Positions 37,954 through 48,339 of a DNA stretch of 64,000 nucleotides are shown piece by piece. The stretch covers positions 177,698 through 241,697 of the forward strand of contig JBPOIT010000005.1 in NCBI GenBank assembly GCA_052034235.1, given 5' to 3'. Position numbers and translations under genes: made by a program. Each line of letters starts with the position of its first letter. Within the stretch, counting starts at the first letter, position 1. The stretch comes from Candidatus Levyibacteriota bacterium (GTDB lineage Bacteria > Patescibacteriota > Microgenomatia > Levybacterales > UBA12049). A model generated the notes under the pieces. The model made no database searches. It saw only the letters and a list, made by a program, of their open reading frames with translations, and was not told the DNA's origin.

Positions 37954-39951
37954 ATGAAATTTCAACTTGAATCCAAATTTAAACCTACGGGTGATCAGCC
38001 AAGTGCGATTAAACAGATTACCAAAAACCTAAAAGATGATGTCAAAAACCAAGTGCTTCTTGGGGTTACAGGGAGTGGTAAAACCTTTACCATGGCGAAT
38101 GTTATCCAGGAAATTCAAAAGCCAACACTGATTATCTCTCACAACAAAACACTCGCAGGACAACTCTATCAGGAATTCCGTGATTTTTTTCCAAATAATG
38201 CAGTTTCCTATTTTGTTTCTTATTATGATTATTACCAGCCTGAAGCATATGTACCGACAACTGATACGTATATCGAAAAGGAATCTGAAATAAATGAAGA
38301 AATTGATAAACTCAGGCTCGCTGCAACGGCAAACCTGCTTACTCGTAAGGATGTCATTGTTGTCGCCTCAGTTTCGTGTATTTATAACATCGGTTCTCCT
38401 ATGGAATATGGCAAATTTGCACTAGAACTTAAACAAGGCGTCAAAATAGCCCAACAAGATATACTTATCAGGCTTGCAGATTTGCAATATGATCGCAATG
38501 ATTACGAATTCAAAAGAGGCGCATTTCGAGTGCGAGGCAACGCAATTGATCTTTTCCCTGCGTATGTTGACCATGGTATCCGTATTGAAGTTTCGGACAG
38601 AGTAACCAATATGTATGAATTTGACCCACTGACTGGAGATATTCTCAAACCACTGGACGCAACGGTCATTTACCCAGCCAAACATTATATGACCGATCCT
38701 CGAAGTTATCATGATGCTTTTGCAAAAATTAATGCTGATGTTGATATGCAGGTTAAAAAGTTTCGTGAACAAAATAAACTTATCGAAGCTCAACGAATTG
38801 CACAACGCACGCATTATGACCTCGAGATGCTTCGCGAAATCGGCTATGTTAACGGTATTGAGAATTATTCAATTTATTTTGACAATCGCCCACCAGGCTC
38901 ACCTCCTTACTCGCTCATTGATTATTTCCAGGCTGCATCTGATGATTGGCTGCTCCTTGTAGATGAATCGCATATCACACTTCCGCAAATCAGAGGCATG
39001 TATAACGGCGACCAAGCACGAAAACAAACCCTTATCGATTACGGATTCAGACTTCCTTCAGCGCTTGATAATAGACCGCTGAAATTTGATGAATTTATGA
39101 GAAAAACCAATCAAATTGTGTATGTTTCAGCAACACCAAACGATTATGAGATATCACTCTCGCAGGAATCCGATCATGGCGTTGTTGAACAGCTGATCAG
39201 GCCTACTGGCCTTGTTGATCCAGTTGTAACAGTCAAACCAAGTGCCGGACAAATTGTCGATTTACTTGAAGAAATTAAAAAACGTGTTGAGAAGAAACAA
39301 CGCGTCCTCGTGACGACATTGACCAAACGAATGTCAGAAGAACTAACAAGCTATCTCGAGGAACACGGTGTCAAGGTTGCCTATCTGCATTCCGATATCG
39401 AAACCCTCAATAGACAAGATGTGTTGGATAATTTGCGATCAGGGGAACATGACGTCGTTGTGGGTATTAATTTACTTCGTGAAGGGCTGGATTTACCGGA
39501 AGTTTCACTTGTAGCAATACTTGATGCTGATAAAGAAGGATTTCTGAGATCACGAACCTCACTTATTCAAACCATGGGACGCGCAGCCAGAAATGCCGAT
39601 GCTGAAGTTATTATGTATGCAGATAAAATGACCAGATCTATGGAGGAAGCGATTGGAGAAGGCGAACGACGTCGTAAAATTCAACTTGAATACAATAAAA
39701 AGCACGGCATTACGCCCCAAACGATTATCAAAGATATCCGGGCAAAATTGGTTGAGCAGCAAGAAGAAGAAGAAGGCAAACCAACAATTGATGCATTGAT
39801 GCAGTTTAGTCAAAAAGATGTCCTTTTGCCAGATGAACGCCAAGATTTGGTTAAAAACTTACGAAAAGAAATGAAAATTGCAGCCGAAAGACTGGATTTC
39901 GAAACAGCAATTGCGATAAGGGATCAAATACGGAAAGTAAAAAAGAAGTAA
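37954..39951 (+). CDS. uvrB: excinuclease ABC subunit B
   Basis: 665 aa. Has Walker A GVTGSGKTFTMA, helicase motifs and a C-terminal UVR coiled-coil region. TGcTACAAT lies 6 nt before the ATG. Confidence 0.9.
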   Translation: MKFQLESKFKPTGDQPSAIKQITKNLKDDVKNQVLLGVTGSGKTFTMANVIQEIQKPTLIISHNKTLAGQLYQEFRDFFPNNAVSYFVSYYDYYQPEAYVPTTDTYIEKESEINEEIDKLRLAATANLLTRKDVIVVASVSCIYNIGSPMEYGKFALELKQGVKIAQQDILIRLADLQYDRNDYEFKRGAFRVRGNAIDLFPAYVDHGIRIEVSDRVTNMYEFDPLTGDILKPLDATVIYPAKHYMTDPRSYHDAFAKINADVDMQVKKFREQNKLIEAQRIAQRTHYDLEMLREIGYVNGIENYSIYFDNRPPGSPPYSLIDYFQAASDDWLLLVDESHITLPQIRGMYNGDQARKQTLIDYGFRLPSALDNRPLKFDEFMRKTNQIVYVSATPNDYEISLSQESDHGVVEQLIRPTGLVDPVVTVKPSAGQIVDLLEEIKKRVEKKQRVLVTTLTKRMSEELTSYLEEHGVKVAYLHSDIETLNRQDVLDNLRSGEHDVVVGINLLREGLDLPEVSLVAILDADKEGFLRSRTSLIQTMGRAARNADAEVIMYADKMTRSMEEAIGEGERRRKIQLEYNKKHGITPQTIIKDIRAKLVEQQEEEEGKPTIDALMQFSQKDVLLPDERQDLVKNLRKEMKIAAERLDFETAIAIRDQIRKVKKK

Positions 39952-39952
39952 A

Positions 39953-41353
39953 TTAGGCTTTTTCTACAAAAATCATGTTGGTACTACCAGCTTCTCCAAA
40001 AGGCATACCTGCGGCGATAACAAAGTCATCACCTTCACTTAATTGATGAACAGCGTTTGTTTTTGCTATGTCCTTAGCCTGTTTGAGGAAATCTTTAAAA
40101 TCTTTGGTCGGTTCGATAACTTGTGGATACACACCGCGACTGAAGTTCAGTTGACGAACTGTCGTCAGACTTGGAGAAAGAGCAACGATATATTCCTTAT
40201 GTCTATGTCTTCCAATATTTCTGGCTGTATTGCCGCTTTCGGTAAAGGCAATGATAAGTTGCGCACGAATTTGATCAGCAATGTTTCCTGCTGAGGCACT
40301 AATAGCGTCACCTACCATGCGTCCTTCATAGAAATCGAGATGTCCCTGGTGTTTGACGGCCTCATGAATAATACTCCCCATCGTTTTAACTGTCTCAACT
40401 GGGAACTCACCTCGAGCTGTTTCAGCTGAAAGCATGACACAATCAGTTCCATCCAAAATAGCATTTGCAACGTCTGTCACTTCAGCTCTTGTTGGAAGTG
40501 GACGTGAAACCATAGATTCAAGCATTTGAGTCGCGGTTATGACTGGTTTTGATTTACGCAAACACATCATAATGAGATCTTTTTGAATATGTGGCACTTT
40601 TGCCATAGGCACAGCAAGTCCCATATCACCGCGTGCGATTAGTAAAGCTTCAACCACATCGAGAATTTCTTCTGCATTATCAACTCCACTTGCCGTTTCA
40701 ATTTTAGCGACTAGCATAATAGGAGAATCTTTTGGAAGCAGATTTCTTACTTCAATTGCGTCTTGTGCTGTTTGAACAAATGAAATTGCCAGTGCGTCAG
40801 CTCCTTTTTTCACCATTTCAAGAATTGAAGCCTTATCTTTCGCAGAAATTCCTGTTTTACTCAGTGCAATACCTTCGGCAAGAAAACCTTTCCTTGATGA
40901 TAATGGTCCTCCAACAGTAACGGTAGCCTCCAAATTTTCACCCACGCGTTTTTCAGCACGCATTTTAATTGCACCGTCATCAACGTAAATAACAGCTCCT
41001 GGTTCAATTTTTTCAATAATATCAGGAAAATTTAATGAAAATTTAGTAGCATTACCTTGGATATGTTCCTTGTGAATAGTAACCATATCTCCGGATTTTA
41101 TAACTGTCCCTTCAGCGATTTCTTCAATTCTAATCTTTGGTCCAGCTAAATCACCCATAATGGCAAGAGGTGTTTCAAGCTCCTTTTCAGCCTTTCGAAT
41201 CCACACAAAACGATTATCAATTTCTTCTTGTGTTGCATGAGACAAGTTAATACGAAAGACATTGACACCTGAACGTGCCAGCTCTAAGACTGTTTCGTAG
41301 TTATCAGTTGCGGGACCAGTGGTCGCTACTATTTTTACAGGATTTCTATGCAT
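39953..41353 (-). CDS. pyk: pyruvate kinase
   Basis: 466 aa. Has KIVATTGPA and MVARGDMGLA-like motifs. Converges on uvrB with a 1-nt gap. Confidence 0.9.
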   Translation of the reverse strand: MHRNPVKIVATTGPATDNYETVLELARSGVNVFRINLSHATQEEIDNRFVWIRKAEKELETPLAIMGDLAGPKIRIEEIAEGTVIKSGDMVTIHKEHIQGNATKFSLNFPDIIEKIEPGAVIYVDDGAIKMRAEKRVGENLEATVTVGGPLSSRKGFLAEGIALSKTGISAKDKASILEMVKKGADALAISFVQTAQDAIEVRNLLPKDSPIMLVAKIETASGVDNAEEILDVVEALLIARGDMGLAVPMAKVPHIQKDLIMMCLRKSKPVITATQMLESMVSRPLPTRAEVTDVANAILDGTDCVMLSAETARGEFPVETVKTMGSIIHEAVKHQGHLDFYEGRMVGDAISASAGNIADQIRAQLIIAFTESGNTARNIGRHRHKEYIVALSPSLTTVRQLNFSRGVYPQVIEPTKDFKDFLKQAKDIAKTNAVHQLSEGDDFVIAAGMPFGEAGSTNMIFVEKA

Positions 41354-41442
41354 ATGTTAAAAAAACAAAACCCTCCTTCATTGCCATGTCCCATAGAGGT
41401 GATGGCCAAGATGAGGGTAAGTTCTAACATATAGTATACACC

Positions 41443-41822
41443 CTAACTAATGTTTTTTACAAGCTCTATTTCTAAGAGCTCATTGTGGGTGTTTAATACG
41501 ACTGTTACAGCGTCTATTCTCATAAGTTTTTGCAAATGCGGGTTTCTCATACAATAATATGAAGCAGTCTTCATAAGTGATTTCAACTTATAATACGTTA
41601 TCGCTTCAAGCGGCGTGCCAATTTCTCCGGTTGATCTTGTTTTTACTTCAATAAATACGAGGGTTTTCTGACTTGTCAGTTGAGAAGTCTCAATTGCAAT
41701 AATATCAATTTCTCCACCCCGGATTCTAAAATTTCTATCAATTATTTGAAAACCTAGTTATTTTAGATAAGAAACAGCTAAATCCTCTCCTCGTTTGCCT
41801 TGGATATTTTTAAAAAGAGTCA
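41443..41822 (-). pseudogene. yraN: YraN/UPF0102-family endonuclease gene interrupted by an in-frame TAA
   Basis: The minus-strand translation is MTLFKNIQGKRGEDLAVSYLK*LGFQIIDRNFRIRGGEIDIIA…VFIEVKTRS…, which matches YraN across the stop. The stop is TAA at plus 41757..41759, in frame, with no frameshift. Confidence 0.5.
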
Positions 41823-41864
41823 TACTCTATTTAGATTAGCACGATGTCTAAAAGGAAGATACTA

Positions 41865-42149
41865 TTATTTCTTAGCTATTTTGAGGTGGTTGAGTTTTGC
41901 GCGTTTGATGCGTCTTTTTGGATGTGCGTCTATTTCGATTTTTTCAATCATGGGAGAATGTAGCGGCCAGATTCTCTCAACTGAAATCTGTCCAACCATC
42001 TTCATAACGGTAAACATTTTATTTTCACCACGACCACGAATTTGGAGGACCGTACCCTTAAAAACCTGAATACGAGTCTTCTCACCTTCTTGAATTTTCT
42101 GGTGAACTTTAATAATATCGCCTGGTGCAAATGTAACAGTTTGTAACAT
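41865..42149 (-). CDS. rplS: 50S ribosomal protein L19
   Basis: 94 aa. Has GDIIKVHQKIQEGEKTRIQVFKGTVLQIRG…ERIWPLHSP…KRRIKRAKLNHLK, the L19 signature. Confidence 0.9.
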   Translation of the reverse strand: MLQTVTFAPGDIIKVHQKIQEGEKTRIQVFKGTVLQIRGRGENKMFTVMKMVGQISVERIWPLHSPMIEKIEIDAHPKRRIKRAKLNHLKIAKK

Positions 42150-42200
42150 AGATATGTATTATAGCGGAAAACTACCAATTACTCAAGCAGTGAGATAAAG

Positions 42201-43859
42201 CTATTTATCCTTACTGCAGGCTTCGATGAAACCGAGGAATATTGGATGGGGTTGAAGTGGACGACTCTTGTATTCTGGATGTCCTTGCGTACCCATATAG
42301 AATGGATGATCTGGAACTTCGATGATTTCGACGAGTCCTTCCTCAACAGATCTAGCACTAATGACAAGTCCAGCTTTTTCGAAGTCCTCTGCAAATTTAT
42401 TATTAAACTCGTAGCGATGACGATGACGTTCGCTCGTCAGACCTTTTGCTTTATTAATGAACTGGTCATATTTTTCATAGAGTTTAAATGCACGAGTCCC
42501 TTTTTTGACAATTGCTTCCCAACCGCCTAAACGCATTGTCCCTCCATACGCACGACGTTCCATAATCTCTTTTTGTGAAGGGATAAGATAGATAACTGGA
42601 TGCTTTGATTTTGGATCATTTTCAGTTGTGTTTGCATCCCGCCATTTTAGCACTCCACGCGCGTAAGCGATAACAGCGAGTTGCATCCCATAACAAAGCC
42701 CGAGATATGGTATCTTTTTTTCTCTCGCATAATTTGCTGCAGCAATCATTCCCTCAGCACCTCTTTCTCCCCAACCTATTGGGACAATAATGCCATCTGG
42801 ATTTCCAATAACTTTTTCTACGCCTTCCTTTTCAACCAGCTCTGCGTTAACCCATTGTGTCTCAACATCGACACCGACTTGCCATTTTGCATGGTCAATA
42901 GCGTCAAACAAAGCTGCATAGCTATCACGAAGTTGATACTCACCTGTTCCAAAATATTTACCCACAATCGCAATAGTTATCTTTTTTTTCTTTGGAGCTT
43001 TTACATTAGCCACAAATTTCTTCCATTCTTTCATGTCAGGCTCACGCTGTGGAAGTTTGAATTTATGAAGTATTCGTTTGACCAATCCCTGCGCCTGAAG
43101 CACCATTGGAATTTCATAAACTGTTGGGATATCAGGATTGGAAATAATATCTTCTGGATGCATATTGCAGAAAAGTGCAAACCGATCTTTGCGTCTCTGA
43201 TCAAGGGGCTTTTCTGAACGAGCAATAATAAAGTCCGGCTGAATACCCAAACCGTTAAGCGTACGAACTGATAACTGGGTTGGTTTGGTTTTTGGCTCTC
43301 CCAAATGCCCTGGGGTTGGTACATAAGATACATGGATATGCAAAACATCTCCAGGGTTACGAAGCGTCATAATACGTGATGCTTCGTAGTAGAGAATGTT
43401 CTGATATTCACCAGCCGTACCACCAAGCTCAATTAAAACGATATCTGCTTTCCTCTTCTCGCCTATTCCTTTGACACGACTAATGATCTCATCAGTGATG
43501 TGCGGAATAGCCTCAACATCTTCACCGTGATATTCAAATCGTCTCTCTCTATCAATAACTGTCTGATAAATTCGTCCTATGGTAACAAAGCTCTCTTTGC
43601 CCATATCTTCGTTAAGGAACTTTTCGTATGAGCCAATATCCATATCCCCTTCTGTACCATCTTCACAAAGGAACGGATCACCATGTTCAATAGGATTAAT
43701 TGTGCCTGCATCGAGGTTGAGATAGTTTTCAAATTTTATAGGGGCAACTGTATATCCTGCTTGTTTTAAGAGGAGGGCAATAGACGAGGATGTTAAGCCT
43801 TTACCTATACCAGAGATAACGCCTCCGGAAACAAATATGTATTTAGTTTTATTCTTCAA
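42201..43859 (-). CDS. pyrG: CTP synthase
   Basis: 552 aa. Has an N-terminal synthetase domain (KYIFVSGGVISGIGKG) and a C-terminal class I GATase with GLCYGMQ and HPEY motifs. Confidence 0.9.
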   Translation of the reverse strand: MKNKTKYIFVSGGVISGIGKGLTSSSIALLLKQAGYTVAPIKFENYLNLDAGTINPIEHGDPFLCEDGTEGDMDIGSYEKFLNEDMGKESFVTIGRIYQTVIDRERRFEYHGEDVEAIPHITDEIISRVKGIGEKRKADIVLIELGGTAGEYQNILYYEASRIMTLRNPGDVLHIHVSYVPTPGHLGEPKTKPTQLSVRTLNGLGIQPDFIIARSEKPLDQRRKDRFALFCNMHPEDIISNPDIPTVYEIPMVLQAQGLVKRILHKFKLPQREPDMKEWKKFVANVKAPKKKKITIAIVGKYFGTGEYQLRDSYAALFDAIDHAKWQVGVDVETQWVNAELVEKEGVEKVIGNPDGIIVPIGWGERGAEGMIAAANYAREKKIPYLGLCYGMQLAVIAYARGVLKWRDANTTENDPKSKHPVIYLIPSQKEIMERRAYGGTMRLGGWEAIVKKGTRAFKLYEKYDQFINKAKGLTSERHRHRYEFNNKFAEDFEKAGLVISARSVEEGLVEIIEVPDHPFYMGTQGHPEYKSRPLQPHPIFLGFIEACSKDK

Positions 43860-43942
43860 TGTATTCTTAAAGTACCGGGGTACGATTTATGTTATCAAAT
43901 CAAACTAAAGCTGTCAATAAGTCAACATTAAGCTGACACCTA

Positions 43943-44710
43943 TTAGCTATGAATTTCTTCAAAATACTTTGCCAGACCATCATCCTGAACGCTGCCAATT
44001 ATTAAATCCGCAGTTTTTTTTAATTCTTTAACAGCATTCCCCATTGCGACTTTGGTATCTACTGCATTAAAAAGATGAATGTCATTATGTCCATCTCCAA
44101 CACCAATAGCATCTTTTCTGCTAACATTAAGCCTAGCTAACAACTCTGCAATAGCATGCTCCTTTGTTGCACTTTCGTTGACTGTATGGAGATCGCGACA
44201 ACCTTTTTTCTGAGAAACAACCATAACACAGGTAATTCCTTCAACTGCTTCTAGTTTCTTCTGCATCTTAATTGCCAAATCATCAGGTACAAAGCTTTGT
44301 GACAGCCAATTTACCTTTACTGAACAATCGAAATCTTTGGGTAAAACGCCTCCATTGAAGTAATCATCTTCCGTATAATCATTAAAAATGAGTCTTTGAT
44401 CTCCGTTTTCAGAATATATAACTATAGCTTCACGCAAAGACTGTTCCTTAATATCCTTCTGCCAAACTATTTCGCCTGTTTGAGGATCGCAAATCTGAGT
44501 TCCACCAGAAATAATACATAGATCTTTTAAATCTAGTCCTTGAATTATATCTTTTCCAAATGTCCAACATCTTCCAGTTGCGGCACAAAGGTAAAAAGTT
44601 TCCTGCAGTTTTTTTGCTGCATTACATAATCGCTCAGTAGGTAATTTCTGTTCAGGGGAATCAACTGCTGTTCCGTCTAAATCTATAATGATAGCTTTCT
44701 TTCTCATCAT
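43943..44710 (-). CDS. HAD-superfamily hydrolase (Cof-like, IIB)
   Basis: 255 aa. Has IIDLDGT (motif I) and GVGDGHNDIHLF (motif IV). Confidence 0.6.
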   Translation of the reverse strand: MMRKKAIIIDLDGTAVDSPEQKLPTERLCNAAKKLQETFYLCAATGRCWTFGKDIIQGLDLKDLCIISGGTQICDPQTGEIVWQKDIKEQSLREAIVIYSENGDQRLIFNDYTEDDYFNGGVLPKDFDCSVKVNWLSQSFVPDDLAIKMQKKLEAVEGITCVMVVSQKKGCRDLHTVNESATKEHAIAELLARLNVSRKDAIGVGDGHNDIHLFNAVDTKVAMGNAVKELKKTADLIIGSVQDDGLAKYFEEIHS

Positions 44711-44711
44711 G

Positions 44712-44782
44712 AGCGGGGTACGAGAATCGAACTCGCTTCTCTGCCTTGGGAAGGCAGCATACTACCGGTGTACTAACCCCGC
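44712..44782 (-). tRNA. tRNA-Gly (CCC)
   Basis: Minus-strand sequence GCGGGGT…CTGCC-TTCCCAA-GGCAG…GCGAG-TTCGATT-CTCGT-ACCCCGC folds as a cloverleaf. The anticodon is CCC and no CCA is encoded. Confidence 0.75.
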
Positions 44783-44846
44783 AGAAATACAAGGAAATGA
44801 TAACAGATTCGGGAAAAGATTTCACTGAGGAGTTATAGGCAAGATA

Positions 44847-45677
44847 TTAGCCTCTAGGGATTTTTAATTTATTACCGCTGTGAATGAGACTTGGATTAAC
44901 TAGTTTGTTTGCCTCAGCAATCTTTTTCCATTGGTAACCATCACCATATGCTCTTACAGAAACATCCCACAAGGTATCACCTTTTACTATAGTATAGTCG
45001 GCACCAGTAATTTTTGTTTTACTCGTAGCAACTTGCTGCTGATTTTGCTGTGGCTTAACTGTTGCTATTTTTTGTTCAACTTTAGGCATTTTCAATTTTT
45101 GTCCAGTTTTTAAGGCTCCAGGATTGGATAAATTATTTGCTCGTGCGATATCAACCCAATTATAGCCACTCTTATACTGCTTTTCTGCAATCGCCCAAAG
45201 TGAATCTCCTGCAGCAACGGTGTATTCACCTGTTGAAGGATTTACTGTTCCCTGTCCCTGTGCTTGAGCGACTTTAACTGGAGTTAGAGTTGCTTGTGCG
45301 ACTACTTTAGTTGGTTCAGGTTTTTTTGTTGGCGTTGCTGTTGGTGCTGCTGGTGCTTTTGTTGGTGTCGGCACTTGTGTTGGAGTTGGTGTATTTTTTA
45401 CTTCTGCTTTTTCAGGATCTGGTGTTTCTGTTGTTAAAGGTGCCGATGGAAGTGCTATATCTTTTTGGGAAAGAAGCTGTGGTGTATCTTTTTCTGTGTT
45501 TCTATTATTAACAAATGAGAGAAGTAAAACTGTTGAGATGATAACAACGATAATACCAAGAACAAGACTGGTGTATGATTCTCCAAAACGGAGATAGTCA
45601 AATAAATTGCTGCGTGACTGAGTTTCTTCCTCCTCAATCTCTATGGGTTTAATAATTTTTGTTGATTTTCTAGCCAC
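44847..45677 (-). CDS. membrane-anchored protein with two LysM peptidoglycan-binding domains
   Basis: 276 aa. Has an N-terminal TM segment, a Pro/Thr-rich linker, and two LysM repeats (YTVAAGDSLWAIA…, YTIVKGDTLWDVS…). Confidence 0.8.
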   Translation of the reverse strand: MARKSTKIIKPIEIEEEETQSRSNLFDYLRFGESYTSLVLGIIVVIISTVLLLSFVNNRNTEKDTPQLLSQKDIALPSAPLTTETPDPEKAEVKNTPTPTQVPTPTKAPAAPTATPTKKPEPTKVVAQATLTPVKVAQAQGQGTVNPSTGEYTVAAGDSLWAIAEKQYKSGYNWVDIARANNLSNPGALKTGQKLKMPKVEQKIATVKPQQNQQQVATSKTKITGADYTIVKGDTLWDVSVRAYGDGYQWKKIAEANKLVNPSLIHSGNKLKIPRG

Positions 45678-45781
45678 TTTTATATCCTCTCAGAGCAGTT
45701 ATTGTGATTTGGCAGGGGGCAAGGATTACCGTAAAGTATACAGTGTTTTATTATTATTTGCAATAGTTATGAAGCCTATAA

Positions 45782-45855
45782 ATATAATTTGCGGGATGGA
45801 CGGGACTCGAACCCGCGACCTCCTCCGTGACAGGGAGGCGCTCTAACCAACTGAG
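45782..45855 (-). tRNA. tRNA-Asp (GTC)
   Basis: Minus-strand sequence GGGGTGG-TA-GCTCAGTTGGTTAGAGC-G-CCTCC-CTGTCAC-GGAGG-…GCGGG-TTCGAGT-CCCGT-CCATCCC-G. The anticodon is GTC and no CCA is encoded. Confidence 0.75.
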
Positions 45856-46003
45856 CTACCACCCCAGCTCGCAAAGCGAAACTGAGAACTAAAAAACATT
45901 GAACTAAAAAAAGTTTTTAGTCTTCAGTTTTAAGTTTTGTGTAAATTGTATTTTAGCCCAATCTTGCACGCTCGTCAATCCTTTGATACACTTGCTATAT
46001 TCC

Positions 46004-47779
46004 ATGACAAATATCGAAATCAGTAGGCTGTTCAGTAATATCGCTGCAGCCTATTCAATTATTGATGAAAAAAAGTACCGATTTCAAATAATCGCATACC
46101 AAAAAGCTTCAGAAGCAATCGAAGGTTCACATCATGAATTGAAAGCTCTTTTTAAAGAAGGCAAACTTGATGAGATCGACGGCATTGGATCTTCGATGAA
46201 AGGTCATCTGAAGGAATTATTTGAAAAAGGAAGTGTCGAACACTTTGAAGCAATTTTCAAAAATGTGCCAGCAGCAGTATTCCCACTCCTGGATGTGCCG
46301 AGTTTTGGACCGAAAAAAGCCTTCCGACTAGTGAGCGAATTTAATTTGAAAAACCCTGATTCGGTAATTACTGACCTTGCAACTATTGCTAAATCGGGGA
46401 AAATTGCTGACCTTCCAGGCTTTGGTGAAAAATCTCAGCAAGATATTTTGCAGGCAATTGAAGAATATAGACGTGGTAAAACGAAAACCGCAAGAATGGT
46501 GCTCCCCTATGCAAATGAGCTTGCTAAAAAAATACTTACATATATAAAGGAGTCAAAAGATGTTGTACGAGTAGAACCTTTAGGGAGTTTGAGGAGACGA
46601 CGCTCAACAACTGGAGACATTGATATCGCAGTTGCAACAAAAAATCCACAAGCAGTTCTTGATCATTTTACTAATTACCCGTTAAAAGAACGCATCATTG
46701 AACGTGGTGAACGCACGTCTTCCATACTCGTTTCTGGTGGAAGACAAATTGATTTGATGGTCGAAAAACCTGAAGCTTTTGGGGCATTATTACAACATTT
46801 CACCGGAAGTAAAGCTCACAATGTTCGTTTGCGTGAATATGCACTTACTATCGATCTTTCACTTTCTGATTACGGCATGCGAAAAAAAGGTACAGATGAT
46901 CCTTATACACTCTTTGATTCTGAAGAGAAGTTCTATAAAACATTAGGCATGCAGTGGGTTCCACCTGAAATGCGCGAAGATAAAGGGGAGATTGAACTTG
47001 CTCTCCAAAATAAGTTGCCAAAAATTGTAGAACTAAGTGACATAAAAGGTGACTTTCATCTGCATTCAAGCTTTCCTATAGAAGAGAGCCATGATGCTGG
47101 ACAAAGCTCTATGGAAGAGATGATCGAAAAAGCACTTTCACTTGGATACAAATATGTTGGGTTTTCAGAACATAACCCAAGCCAATCAGGACATACTCCA
47201 AAAGAAATTTATAAGCTTTTAGAAAAGCGAAAAAAACATATCGAAGATTTACGCCTAAAGTATAAAAATGTTATTCGTATATTTTCATTACTCGAAACAG
47301 ATATTCTTCCTAGCGGAAAGCTCGCTGTAGATGATGATGCCCTATCGCTTTTAGATGCAACAATAGTTTCGATACATAGCTCATTTGCAATGGATCGGGA
47401 AACGATGACTGAGAGAATTCTCAAAGGTTTATCCCATCCAAAAGCGAAAATTCTCGCCCACCCAACAGGCAGACTGCTTAATCAGCGTCCTGGTTATGAA
47501 GTTGATTGGGTAAAGCTCTTTACATTTGCCTCAGAGAATAATAAAGCACTAGAGATTAACTCATGGCCACTGAGACTCGATTTACCTGATGAATTAGTTT
47601 TTGAGGCAAGACAAAAAGGTGTGAAATTCTTTATCGATACAGATAGTCACGACAAAAGCCAAATGGACATGATGGAATACGGCGTTTCAGTAGCCAGACG
47701 CGGATGGGCAACGCCTGATGACATTATGAATACAAAGTCATATAATGAAATCGAAGAGTTTTTTAAAGGGGGTGAGTAA
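46004..47779 (+). CDS. polX: family X DNA polymerase with a C-terminal PHP domain
   Basis: Has Pol-beta-like fingers/palm (Hh[16 protein letters not shown]) plus a PHP phosphoesterase (HLHSSF…, HNPSQ). The track ORF starts at a TTG at 45983; the ATG at 46004 (MTNIEIS) is more likely. Confidence 0.75.
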   Translation: MTNIEISRLFSNIAAAYSIIDEKKYRFQIIAYQKASEAIEGSHHELKALFKEGKLDEIDGIGSSMKGHLKELFEKGSVEHFEAIFKNVPAAVFPLLDVPSFGPKKAFRLVSEFNLKNPDSVITDLATIAKSGKIADLPGFGEKSQQDILQAIEEYRRGKTKTARMVLPYANELAKKILTYIKESKDVVRVEPLGSLRRRRSTTGDIDIAVATKNPQAVLDHFTNYPLKERIIERGERTSSILVSGGRQIDLMVEKPEAFGALLQHFTGSKAHNVRLREYALTIDLSLSDYGMRKKGTDDPYTLFDSEEKFYKTLGMQWVPPEMREDKGEIELALQNKLPKIVELSDIKGDFHLHSSFPIEESHDAGQSSMEEMIEKALSLGYKYVGFSEHNPSQSGHTPKEIYKLLEKRKKHIEDLRLKYKNVIRIFSLLETDILPSGKLAVDDDALSLLDATIVSIHSSFAMDRETMTERILKGLSHPKAKILAHPTGRLLNQRPGYEVDWVKLFTFASENNKALEINSWPLRLDLPDELVFEARQKGVKFFIDTDSHDKSQMDMMEYGVSVARRGWATPDDIMNTKSYNEIEEFFKGGE

Positions 47780-47781
47780 TT

Positions 47782-48333
47782 ATGGATTTACCAATTATTC
47801 TGATCGGCGCAATTGCTGTCATTCTTATTTATGTGTGGGTTGTCTACAACAGCCTTGTCACAGCGAGACTTCGTATTAAGGAAGCTTGGTCACAAATTGA
47901 TGTACAGCTGAAGCGCAGAACTGATCTGATTCCAAACCTTGTCGAAACCGTTAAAGGTTACGCCAAACACGAAAAAGAACTGCTTGAAAATATTACGAAA
48001 GCAAGAAGTGCGTTAATGAATGCTGGCTCAGCACAAGCAAAAGCTGAAGCAAATAATTTCCTTTCTGACACACTTAAATCATTGTTTGCTGTTGCGGAAA
48101 ATTATCCTGATTTGAAAGCAAGCCAAAACTTTATGGCACTCCAGCAGGAACTTTCTGATACTGAAGACAAGATTGCTTACTCAAGACAATTCTTAAACAG
48201 CAATGTACTTGATTACAACACAAAACTAAGTGTTTTCCCAAGTTCTTTAGTTGCAAAGATGTTTAACTTTAAGGAAGCAGAATTTTTTGAAGTCAGTGAA
48301 GAAGAACGAAAACCAGTTAAGGTACAGTTCTAA
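47782..48333 (+). CDS. lemA: LemA-family membrane protein
   Basis: 183 aa. Has an N-terminal TM segment and [40 protein letters not shown], a LemA hallmark. Confidence 0.8.
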   Translation: MDLPIILIGAIAVILIYVWVVYNSLVTARLRIKEAWSQIDVQLKRRTDLIPNLVETVKGYAKHEKELLENITKARSALMNAGSAQAKAEANNFLSDTLKSLFAVAENYPDLKASQNFMALQQELSDTEDKIAYSRQFLNSNVLDYNTKLSVFPSSLVAKMFNFKEAEFFEVSEEERKPVKVQF

Positions 48334-48339
48334 AATAAC

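Noticed and set aside
41354-41442. AAGGAGGG upstream of pyk as a Shine-Dalgarno sequence
   Set aside because: It lies about 20 nt from the ATG, which is too far. It is better explained as the 3' arm of a CCCTC…GAGGG hairpin plus T-run, which would be a terminator for the upstream yraN remnant.
41757-41759. Stop-codon reassignment (TAA, or TGA as Gly as in some CPR)
   Set aside because: TGA, TAA and TAG all end many conserved genes at their expected lengths (ATGA overlaps in the thr operon, TAA at uvrB/pyk/ppsA, TAG at gpmA). The single in-frame TAA in yraN is more simply a pseudogene or an error.
44712-45855. tRNA-Gly and tRNA-Asp as integration sites of a mobile element carrying the LysM gene
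   Set aside because: There is no integrase, no direct repeats of the tRNA 3' end, and the flanking genes are housekeeping. The two tRNAs simply bracket one LysM gene.
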